From positions 1-64,000 of the forward strand of contig JAXMNT010000042.1 in assembly GCA_034670305.1 (NCBI GenBank): a DNA stretch of 64,000 nt, given 5' to 3'. The notes beneath the pieces are model-generated. The model made no database searches. It saw nothing but the letters and a program-made list of their open reading frames with translations, and was not told where the DNA came from. Position numbers and translations under genes: made by a program. The stretch comes from Deltaproteobacteria bacterium (GTDB lineage: Bacteria > Myxococcota_A > Polyangia > Polyangiales > Houyiibacteriaceae). The first letter of the stretch is position 1. Every line of letters begins with the position of its first letter. Below are positions 9,711-21,128 of the stretch, one piece after another.

Positions 9711-10744
9711 GTCGCCTCCCAGCGTTCCGGTCCCAGCGCCGTGGCCAGACCGTCTTCTTCGAGCTTCTTCAGGTGCGCGATCACCGAGAGCGTCGCGAGC
9801 GGCCACACGGCCTTCGGCGCATCCGCGTACGCGACGGGGACGAGCTCACGCGCGCTCGCCGGACCGACCTCGCGCAACGCGGCGAGCACCTTGGCCTCAC
9901 GCGCGAGCCGATGGTGGCGGTAATGCGCGAAGCGCGCGTTCGGGTCCGTGAGCAGCCCGCCGTGCGCGGGCAGCGCGCGTTTCAGCCCGAGCGACTGCAG
10001 CCGCTCGAGCGACGCCAGGTACTGCCCCATGTCGCCACCGTCCGGTTCGATCAGGATGGTGCCGATGCCCGCCACCATGTCGCCGACGATGCCGGTGCCC
10101 GATGGTTCGTGCACGAAGCACAGATGCCCGGGCGCGTGGCCCGGCGTGTGGTGCGCCCGCACGGTCGTGTCGCCGAGCGAGACCGCGTCGCCTTCGCCGA
10201 GAAGCCGGTCGACCTTCGCGTCGATGCGGGCGGCGGTCTCGGCGTGCGCCATCAGCGGCACCCCCCGCTCGGCCGCGATCCCTGCGTCGCCGACGTGGTC
10301 GACGTGGTGGTGGGTCAATGCAACCGCGACGAGCGTGGCGCCCTTCGCTTCCCGCGCATCGATCCAGGATCGGAGCCGAGCCCGCTCGTCCGCATCGACC
10401 CCGCACGGTTCGATGCAGAGCAACTGATCCTCCCCGATCAGAAACGCGTTGGTGTGCGTCGCCGGCAAGAGGGTCGGCGTGCGAAGCGGAAGCACCGAGA
10501 CACCCGGCACCACATCCCATCCCATCGACGGACCGTGCATCGCGCGAAGCAACTGCGGCGAGAGCACCGCGCCCTCCCGCCACTGCGTTTCGAGCGCCTC
10601 GATCGACATCGCCTCCACGGGTGCGTCCGCGCCTGCGGGTTCGCCCATGGGCAACCCAGCGATGTCGTGTTGGGTGCCCGGCAAGGTCCACCCCATCGCG
10701 CCGTGCGCTTCGGGCAAGCCGGTCCGCACCACCTCCAGCGTCAA
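9707..10744 (-). CDS. MBL-fold metallo-hydrolase (LACTB2-like, C-terminal winged helix)
   Basis: THHHVDH, TPGHAPGH, GD, PAHG motifs; TTG start overlaps the upstream stop. Confidence 0.9.
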   Translation of the reverse strand: MTLEVVRTGLPEAHGAMGWTLPGTQHDIAGLPMGEPAGADAPVEAMSIEALETQWREGAVLSPQLLRAMHGPSMGWDVVPGVSVLPLRTPTLLPATHTNAFLIGEDQLLCIEPCGVDADERARLRSWIDAREAKGATLVAVALTHHHVDHVGDAGIAAERGVPLMAHAETAARIDAKVDRLLGEGDAVSLGDTTVRAHHTPGHAPGHLCFVHEPSGTGIVGDMVAGIGTILIEPDGGDMGQYLASLERLQSLGLKRALPAHGGLLTDPNARFAHYRHHRLAREAKVLAALREVGPASARELVPVAYADAPKAVWPLATLSVIAHLKKLEEDGLATALGPERWEAT

Positions 10745-11520
10745 CCGTCGCCCTCGGGCAGGGGGGTGCGGCGGCGGGCACGCTCGCTCTCGTCGGAGGG
10801 CACGAGGCTTGGCAGTCGAGGCGGCTTCGGGAGATCGACCTCCCCGCTCTCCATGCTCGCCCCACCCGGCATGCGGTACATGCTCGCGCGTTTGCCGGGC
10901 ATGATCGAAGGCGAGCGGCCTTCCGGCAGCGAGGCCGGATCCCCGATGAGTTTCAGACACGCCTTGGTGATGTGTTTGAGGGTGTCGAACACCCCCCAGC
11001 CCTCGAGCGCGGAGGCCTCCACCTGCGTGACGTCCTCCGGCACCCGCAGCGCGGCCTGCAGCGCTTCGATGGCCATCGCGTTCTCGAGGTCGCGTTTGTT
11101 GTACTGCACGACGAGCGGCATCCGGTCCGGGTGGTCGCCCTGGAGCTCGAGGTTCTCGGCCAGGTTTCGGATGCTCGCGACGTTGGCGTCGATCGTGCCC
11201 TCTTGGCTGTCGACGACGAACACCACTCCGTCCACGTGGCGCAACACGAGCCGCCGGGTCGCGTCGTGCGCGATCTGTCCGGGCACGGTGCACAGGTGAA
11301 GCCGGACCGTGTAGCCGCGAAAGCGACCGAGCTCGACCGGGAGCAGGTCGAAGAAGAGCGTGCGCTCGGCTTCGGTCATCAGCGAGACGAGTTTGCCGCG
11401 GTTCTCTGGCCGGCTTCGGGCGTGGATGAATTCCAGGTTCGTCGTTTTGCCGCCCAGACCTGGGCCGTAGTAGACGAGCTTGAGATGCAGCTCTTTGTTG
11501 GCGTGGTTGACGAGAGGCAC
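10741..11520 (-). CDS. MglA-family small GTPase (paralog with Pro-rich C-terminal extension)
   Basis: KLVYYGPGLGGKTTN (G1), RTLFFD, TVPGQ (G3), GVVFVVDS, QYNKRDL (G4), ASA (G5). Confidence 0.93.
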   Translation of the reverse strand: MPLVNHANKELHLKLVYYGPGLGGKTTNLEFIHARSRPENRGKLVSLMTEAERTLFFDLLPVELGRFRGYTVRLHLCTVPGQIAHDATRRLVLRHVDGVVFVVDSQEGTIDANVASIRNLAENLELQGDHPDRMPLVVQYNKRDLENAMAIEALQAALRVPEDVTQVEASALEGWGVFDTLKHITKACLKLIGDPASLPEGRSPSIMPGKRASMYRMPGGASMESGEVDLPKPPRLPSLVPSDESERARRRTPLPEGDG

Positions 11521-11744
11521 GAAGGGTCCGGGGACCGAACACGGGGCGCACGCACGCGTCCCGGGTCGGGGGTGATGAGAAGGGGTACGCGAGCCCGCCG
11601 CGGCGGTCAACGCTTGCCGCGGGGCACGCGCTCCGGTAGGTCCCTCTGCAGATGGCCAACCTCTCGCGATCCCAGTGGAACTCGCCATTCCTCCGAGCGA
11701 TGCGGCGCTCCGTCGACCGCCGTCCAGAAGCGGGTTCCCGATCG

Positions 11745-12065
11745 GTGGCGCGGACGCCAGCGGGCCTCTTCCTGGGGATGCTCTGGCTCGCGATCGGCTG
11801 TGGAGGCACCCCGCTGCCCCCGGCCAACCACACCCACTTCCGAGCGATCCAGACCCACGAGGCGCGGCTCGACGACGCGATGCAGCGTTCGGCACACGCA
11901 CCGTGTGATGACGCCTGCGCGGCGGTGGGCGAGGCCAACCACGAAGCCGGACGGATCTGCGCCATCGCCGACTCGGTCCGCGACACGGACGCGCGCCTGC
12001 GCTGCAACGCCGCCCGCGAACGAAGCGCCCGCGTGCACGCTCGCGCCGAGTGTGGGTGTGAGTGA
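11745..12065 (+). CDS. Small Cys-containing putative lipoprotein
   Basis: LWLAIGC lipobox-like segment; helical body with paired Cys and C-terminal CGC; start uncertain. Confidence 0.6.
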   Translation: MARTPAGLFLGMLWLAIGCGGTPLPPANHTHFRAIQTHEARLDDAMQRSAHAPCDDACAAVGEANHEAGRICAIADSVRDTDARLRCNAARERSARVHARAECGCE

Positions 12066-12122
12066 GTTCGAACCCAGGTGCCGGCTCTGCACCTCGGTTC
12101 CACCGGGTCCGGTAAGGCACCG

Positions 12123-13175
12123 ATGAAGGCCACAACCCTCGCTGGCAAGACCTCGCTCGGGTTGGTCTTTGACCCGCGGCGCTCCTCGGCATTGCTCGTG
12201 CTCACCATCGCGGCGGCGCTGTGGGCGGCGGCGGTGTGGCGGGAGATGGTGGGCGAAGGACCGATGGACCGGTTCGCGGTGCCACTCCGCTTCCTCGCCC
12301 TCGTCGCCACGACGCGCGGCTTGCTGGGCGTGCGTACGCTGGTGCGCGGCGTGCGGCTGGCGACCACGGCGCGCGCTCATCGGCTGGTGCTCGGCGACAC
12401 GCTGAAGTTCTCGTCGCCAGCTGGTGGATTCGAGATCGATCGCGCCGACTTGCTCGCCGTCGTTGTCGACGACACCCAGATGCACTTCGTCGTGCGGCCG
12501 AGCCAAGGCCACGCCCTCCGCACCTTGCCCGCCATCTTCGACGCGAGCCCCGCGCTCTTGGCGGAACGGATCCGCAAATGGCGGGGCGAGATCCTCTTCG
12601 CGGATGCGCTCGGCGACGAAGCACCCTCCAGCACCCCGAGCGACGTCTACGACCGCGCCGCGGCCGGACAGGTCGACGCCGGCACCGCCGTCGTCCGACA
12701 TGGACGCGGCTGGCTGCGCCGGGGGCCGTACGCTGCGCTGCTCTTCGGCCTCGTATTCGCCGAAGGCACCCTCCGCCTCCCTGCCGGCGTCTCCCTCGGC
12801 GTCCTGCCCTACCTCGGCATGGCGGTCTGCGTCGCCATCCCCGCGTTCTGGTGGATCCGAACCCGGCGCGAACTCGCCCCCCGGCGGGGCGTCGCGTTCG
12901 TCGCCACACCGGCCGAAGTCCTGATGCGCGCCGAAGGCGGCGTGCTGCGCGCGGTCTGGACCGAGGTCCCGAGCATCGGGGTCGACGAACGCGTCGGCTG
13001 GTCCCCGCTGGTCGGTCGCGAGGTCCGGCGCAAACTCCGCATCGACCGCATCGACGCCCCACCCATCCGCTACGAAGAAGAGTTCCTGGGCGCCCCCGCC
13101 CATGTTGTCGCCGCGCTCATGGACGTCTACCGCCTCCACGCCAACGCAGCCGCCCCCGCCGACGAATCCGAATAG
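12123..13175 (+). CDS. Hypothetical membrane protein (about 4 TM segments)
   Basis: Two pairs of hydrophobic segments separated by soluble domains; GC3-biased frame. Confidence 0.65.
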   Translation: MKATTLAGKTSLGLVFDPRRSSALLVLTIAAALWAAAVWREMVGEGPMDRFAVPLRFLALVATTRGLLGVRTLVRGVRLATTARAHRLVLGDTLKFSSPAGGFEIDRADLLAVVVDDTQMHFVVRPSQGHALRTLPAIFDASPALLAERIRKWRGEILFADALGDEAPSSTPSDVYDRAAAGQVDAGTAVVRHGRGWLRRGPYAALLFGLVFAEGTLRLPAGVSLGVLPYLGMAVCVAIPAFWWIRTRRELAPRRGVAFVATPAEVLMRAEGGVLRAVWTEVPSIGVDERVGWSPLVGREVRRKLRIDRIDAPPIRYEEEFLGAPAHVVAALMDVYRLHANAAAPADESE

Positions 13176-13178
13176 CGA

Positions 13179-16100
13179 CTACTGGACGGCGGCGCCGTCG
13201 GCTCTGGCTTCGGCTCCGCCTTCGGCATCGGCATCGGCATCGGCACCGGCTTCGGCTTCGGCTTCGGCATCGGCATCGGCATCGGCTTCGGCATCGGCTT
13301 CGGCATCGGCATCGGCATCGGCATCGGCTTCGGCATCGGCTCCGGCTTCGGCTTCGGCATCGGCATCGGCATCGGCATCCTCAAACGGCTCCGGCGCCGG
13401 CGGCGGCAATTCCGCCACGGCTTGCACCACCACCGCCGCCCGAACCCGCGCGTCCCCCGAGACGGCCACCCGCCGCTCCCCGTCGTCTCCTGGCGCGGGC
13501 GCGTCGAACGCCACCTGTCCGCCGTCCGGGCCCACCCGATGGTCCACGCCGCCCACGCTCAAGACGCCACCGCCCTCCACCCACACCACACACCGCGCGG
13601 GATCGGCTGGCGCACGCCGGGCCGGCCACACAATCTCCGCACCCTCCCCTGGCACGCAGCCGACATCGCTGCAGTCCCAGACGCCAACGCGCATGCGCTC
13701 GCTCAGCGTGCCGCCTTCCCCCGCGGGCCGGCCGCCGAACGAGACCAGCGCTGCGACCCCGCCGGGCACTGGAATGTTCATCCCCAAGAGCCGCCGCGCG
13801 TGGACCTCGGCCCGCCGATCGACCAGGCGAACCAGCGCCTGAAGCTCCGCCTCCCGCGCGGGCAGGTAGCGTTCGACCTCCAGCTGCGCGTTCAAAGCTT
13901 CGCTTGCCACGCGACCGCCGATCGCCCCAAGTGCTGTCGCCGCGAGCGGCCGCAACCGGACGTCTTCAAGCGCGGTCGCGACCACGGGTGCCACGCGGCG
14001 GGCCCGTGGACCCAATGCTTCGAGCGCCTTCAATGCGTCGCGCTGCTGAAGCTCCGTGCCGTCCGCGACAATCTCTGCGAGCGCCTCGATGGCCGCCGGG
14101 GAAGCGCCGAGCGCCAGGGCCGCGCGCCATCGGTGGTCGGTGGTGAGCAACCCGGTGACGAGGGCACGGGCTTCTTGCTCCGAAGATTCGCCCAGTGCGC
14201 TCCCGAGCTCGGGACTGCGATGCCGGATCTCCAGCAGCGCCAGCGCCGCTTCCCGACGCACCGCTTCGTCTGCATCCGCGCCCATGGCGCGGGCAAGGGT
14301 GGCGATGGCCGGCGCGTACCCGAGCGAGCCGAGGGCGGTGGCCGCCTCGGCACGAACCTCCGCGCGTGGATCGCCGAGAAGCGGCACCAGCGCCGGGCCC
14401 GCGCTCACGTCCCCGAGAGACGCACGCGCCAGCGCCGCGGGCCACTCGCCCTCGCCAACCGACATCGCCTCGATGCGCGGGATGGATCCGAGGTGGGCCG
14501 AGAGCGCGGCCCGCATCCGGCGCATCCGTTCGGGATCCTCCGCGCTGCGGTCCTGCGTCTCCCGGGGATCGAGGCGCAGATCGAAGAGTCGGCACTCGTT
14601 GCCTTCGCAGATCAACTTGAAGCGTTCGTCGGCCACCATGTGCAATGGGTCGACCGCGGAGAACGCGTAGGAAGGTCCCGCGTCTTGCTCGCCGGCCAAG
14701 ACGCCTCCGAGATCGTCGCCCCGCATCCGCACGTCCCGTGGGATGCCGATCGCCGAGAGCAACGACGTGGCCACATCGAGGATCTCGACCGGCGCGTCGC
14801 TCGTTCCTGCGTTCACTTGCCCCGGAGAGGACCAGAGCAGCGGCACCCGCACCTGCTCTTCGTAGACGGTGGTGCCGTGGTAGTAGCCGCCGTGTTCGCC
14901 GAACTCCTCCCCGTGGTCGGCGGTGACCACGACGGTCGCATCGGGGCGGCGGGCCCGGAACGCACGCACCATGTCTCCGATGGCGGCGTCCGCGGCGCGG
15001 ACCTCTCCATCGTACCGCGCTTCGACACCCTCTCCCTCGCGGAATGCCGCGGGTGGATCGTAGGGCTCGTGCGGCTCGAAGAGGTGCACCCAAGCAAACA
15101 CGGGCTGGCCGGGTTCGACCTCTTCGTCGAGGTAACGCTCGAGTTGGCGCACCCGCGCGGCCGCCGGCGCGAACATCACCTTCCGGTACTCGAAGCCAAA
15201 GTCCCGCGCTGCCAAGGCTCGAAAGCGGTCGGCGTCCACGAAGAAGATCGCGGGCGGATAGAACGCGGCGGTGCGGTAGCCGTAGCGTCGCAGCAGTTCG
15301 GGCAGCGCTGGATGATCTTCCGGTGCATCCGGCAACGACAGCACCTCGCGCATGAACTTCCCGGTCAGCAGACTCGTGAGTGCGTACGAGGTGTGCGGCG
15401 TCGGGGTGTACGCCCGAGTGAACACCATCGACCCTTCGGCGAGCGCATCCAGCTCCGGCGTGATGCTCGGCGTCGCGCCCACCCGATCGGCGCGCAACGC
15501 GTCCACCGTGATGAGGAGCACGTCGCGGTCCCGCAGATCGATCCCGCCGTGGACCGCGAGCGGCGACTCCTCGGGTTCGCTGGCCTCCTCGTGCGACGGC
15601 GAGAACCCCTGATTCGGCCGCCGCACCCACTCACCGAAGAGCGGTGCGCGTTCGCGGACGACGAACGCGACGTTCGGTGCCTGAGGCACACTCCAAATCG
15701 AGTAGGCGGCGGCGGGCAGACTCAGGAGCGCAACAACCCACGCGCCTCGCCGCAGGAGTGCTCCGCCGGGCGGGAACCCGAACACCCAGGCGCCCGCGAT
15801 CGCCAGCACGAACGCGCCGATCGTCAGCGCCAAGTGGAACGCCGGATAGAGCCTGAGCAACACCACCGCGTCCGCCAGCACGAGCGCCGACGCCAGAGCG
15901 AACAGCAACCCGCCGAACCGCCGCGAACACTCGAACGCATACCGTTGCTTGAGCCAGCGCGCGGCGCGGTCGGTCAGCAGCCCCACCGCGATTGCGAACG
16001 CCACCGCGCCCGCCTCGCGCCAACTCGCACCCTCGACGCGGCGCCCCGAGGTCACGCTCCAGAACAAAACGCCGGCGACCGGCGTCGCAAGCAGCCCGAG

Positions 16101-16445
16101 GGCCCGCGTCTGTAGGCGGGTCGGCTGCACGTGTTCCTTGCGACGCAAACGACGTAGACGCCGATCCTCACTGGTCGCCACCCGTTCGGCCCACTTGGCT
16201 TCGGCTGCATCGAGCAGGATCACGACGACCCAGACGATCACGGCGATGGCGGTGGCGGTGGCGAACGAACCGAGCACGAACCGGAAGCGCTCCGTGATGG
16301 AGAGGAAGTGCCCCCAAGCCACCGCGAATACGAACGCCACCTCGCACGAGGCGAGCAGCCAGGCGGCCACGACCGGGCGACGCAGATCGCCCCCGCGTGC
16401 GAATCGCTTCGTGGGTTCCGCACCGGCGGGGGCTGGGTGTCTCAC
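13179..16445 (-). CDS. Multi-TM alkaline-phosphatase/sulfatase-superfamily hydrolase/transferase with HEAT repeats
   Basis: N-terminal TM bundle; LLITVDALRAD, WVHLFEPHEPY, TADHGEEFGEHG, VRVPL motifs; HEAT units downstream; start uncertain (16370-16547). Confidence 0.88.
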   Translation of the reverse strand: MRHPAPAGAEPTKRFARGGDLRRPVVAAWLLASCEVAFVFAVAWGHFLSITERFRFVLGSFATATAIAVIVWVVVILLDAAEAKWAERVATSEDRRLRRLRRKEHVQPTRLQTRALGLLATPVAGVLFWSVTSGRRVEGASWREAGAVAFAIAVGLLTDRAARWLKQRYAFECSRRFGGLLFALASALVLADAVVLLRLYPAFHLALTIGAFVLAIAGAWVFGFPPGGALLRRGAWVVALLSLPAAAYSIWSVPQAPNVAFVVRERAPLFGEWVRRPNQGFSPSHEEASEPEESPLAVHGGIDLRDRDVLLITVDALRADRVGATPSITPELDALAEGSMVFTRAYTPTPHTSYALTSLLTGKFMREVLSLPDAPEDHPALPELLRRYGYRTAAFYPPAIFFVDADRFRALAARDFGFEYRKVMFAPAAARVRQLERYLDEEVEPGQPVFAWVHLFEPHEPYDPPAAFREGEGVEARYDGEVRAADAAIGDMVRAFRARRPDATVVVTADHGEEFGEHGGYYHGTTVYEEQVRVPLLWSSPGQVNAGTSDAPVEILDVATSLLSAIGIPRDVRMRGDDLGGVLAGEQDAGPSYAFSAVDPLHMVADERFKLICEGNECRLFDLRLDPRETQDRSAEDPERMRRMRAALSAHLGSIPRIEAMSVGEGEWPAALARASLGDVSAGPALVPLLGDPRAEVRAEAATALGSLGYAPAIATLARAMGADADEAVRREAALALLEIRHRSPELGSALGESSEQEARALVTGLLTTDHRWRAALALGASPAAIEALAEIVADGTELQQRDALKALEALGPRARRVAPVVATALEDVRLRPLAATALGAIGGRVASEALNAQLEVERYLPAREAELQALVRLVDRRAEVHARRLLGMNIPVPGGVAALVSFGGRPAGEGGTLSERMRVGVWDCSDVGCVPGEGAEIVWPARRAPADPARCVVWVEGGGVLSVGGVDHRVGPDGGQVAFDAPAPGDDGERRVAVSGDARVRAAVVVQAVAELPPPAPEPFEDADADADAEAEAGADAEADADADADAEADAEADADADAEAEAEAGADADADAEGGAEARADGAAVQ
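13198..13380 (+). repeat. TCGGCN hexamer array inside the 3' end of the sulfatase-fold gene
   Basis: About 30 units, translated as a (DA/EA)n tail on the minus strand. Confidence 0.95.
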
Positions 16446-16470
16446 AGACGACCCTGCGCCTGCGGTGCGC

Positions 16471-16557
16471 GAAGACAACCCTGCTGCAGTGCCCGAAGAC
16501 AACACTGCGGTTCCCCGAGGCAACACCGCGGTTCCCCAAGACAACACCGCGGGTGCC
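16471..16557. repeat. 21-bp tandem repeat (GAAGACAACACTGCGGTTCCC-like), about 4 copies
   Basis: Units at 16495, 16516, 16537 plus a degenerate one at 16471. Confidence 0.8.
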
Positions 16558-16607
16558 GAGTGCGCATCATGGACTCCGGGGGCCGGCGCTCGCGACGGCC
16601 CAGCTGC

Positions 16608-17078
16608 TCACGTCCAGCGAACGTCCACGACCTCGAAGGAGCGTGTGCCGCCCGGCACCTTCACCTTCACTTCGTCGCCGACTTCCCGACCGATGAGGCT
16701 CCGCGCCACCGGTGAGGTCACCGAGATGGTGCCGCTCTCGATGTCCGCTTCGTCGGCCCCAACGATCCGGTAGGTGATCTCTTTGGCGCTGTCGATGTCT
16801 TCGAGCACGACCGTCGCCCCGAACTTCACGCGCTCGCCACCGAGCTTCGACGGGTCGATCACTTCGGCGCGCGCGAGCTTGTCCTCGATCTCGTTGATCC
16901 GCGCGTGGACCATGCCCTGCTTCTCTTTGGCGGCGTGGTACTCGGCATTCTCTTTGATGTCGCCGTGATCACGGGCGATGCCGATCTCCACCGAGATCTT
17001 GGGCATCTCGGCCTTGAGGCGAATGAGCTCTGCTTTGAGGGCTTCGTGGCCCTGCGGTGTCATCGGAACGCGTTCCAT
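16608..17078 (-). CDS. greA: Transcription elongation factor GreA
   Basis: HGDIKENAEYHAAK, YRIVGADEADI, ISVTSPVARSLIG motifs. Confidence 0.97.
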   Translation of the reverse strand: MERVPMTPQGHEALKAELIRLKAEMPKISVEIGIARDHGDIKENAEYHAAKEKQGMVHARINEIEDKLARAEVIDPSKLGGERVKFGATVVLEDIDSAKEITYRIVGADEADIESGTISVTSPVARSLIGREVGDEVKVKVPGGTRSFEVVDVRWT

Positions 17079-17165
17079 GGGGGGGCGGTGATAGCAGGCT
17101 CAGCCGGCTACGTCGACCTGCACCGGGCTCTTGGAACGCTGCTCAACGCCTCGATGCGCCGCACA

Positions 17166-20477
<3,312 letters not shown>

Positions 20478-20604
20478 TTGGAAGAACCGGGGCGCTTCTG
20501 GTTCGCGAGCGACCCGGCGCGTCCTACCAGAGCACGGCATCTCGGGCAAAGGGAACCGGACCTAGGCACCCAACCTCAGGGTCGAATGGCCGCTTGAACG
20601 CCCA

Positions 20605-21078
20605 TCAACGGATGAGGCGCTCCACGAGCGCCGCGTCGCCCTCGATCTGGACGGAACGGCCTTCGTCGCCCGCGAGCGCGATGCGCAGCAGCAGGCGCGG
20701 GGTGCCGAGCACCGAGAGAAAACGCTCGCCCCACTCCACGAACACCAGCGCCGACCCCAGGGCGAGCACATCGGGCAGATCGGTGTAGAGCAACTCGTCG
20801 GGCTCTCCGAGCCGGTAGAGGTCGCAGTGGACCAGCGGAGGCTGCGTTTCGTAGCTGTGCACGAGCGCGAAGGTCGGGCTGGTGACGGGCGTGTCTTCTG
20901 GCACGCCGAGGGCCCGCGCCACGGTGCGCACGAGGAAGGTCTTGCCCGCGCCCAAGTCGCCTTCCAGCACCACCAAATCGCCAGCGCCCAGGACCTCGGT
21001 GAGCCGTGCGCCGAACCCGGCGGTGTCCGCTTCGTTCGACCACTGGACCACCCCGGTCGCGATTCTCGACGGCTCCAC
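20605..21078 (-). CDS. tsaE: tRNA threonylcarbamoyladenosine biosynthesis ATPase TsaE
   Basis: LEGDLGAGKT, VTSPTFALVHSY, HCDLYRL, VEWGE motifs; start uncertain. Confidence 0.95.
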   Translation of the reverse strand: MEPSRIATGVVQWSNEADTAGFGARLTEVLGAGDLVVLEGDLGAGKTFLVRTVARALGVPEDTPVTSPTFALVHSYETQPPLVHCDLYRLGEPDELLYTDLPDVLALGSALVFVEWGERFLSVLGTPRLLLRIALAGDEGRSVQIEGDAALVERLIR

Positions 21079-21128
21079 GCAGATACCCTTGCGGGCGGCG
21101 GCCGCTCCGGCAAGCATCGCCTTGCTCG

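Noticed and set aside
10400-10744. N-terminal NUDIX domain on the MBL hydrolase
   Set aside because: The extension is short and lacks a GX5EX7REUXEEXGU box; at most a remnant.
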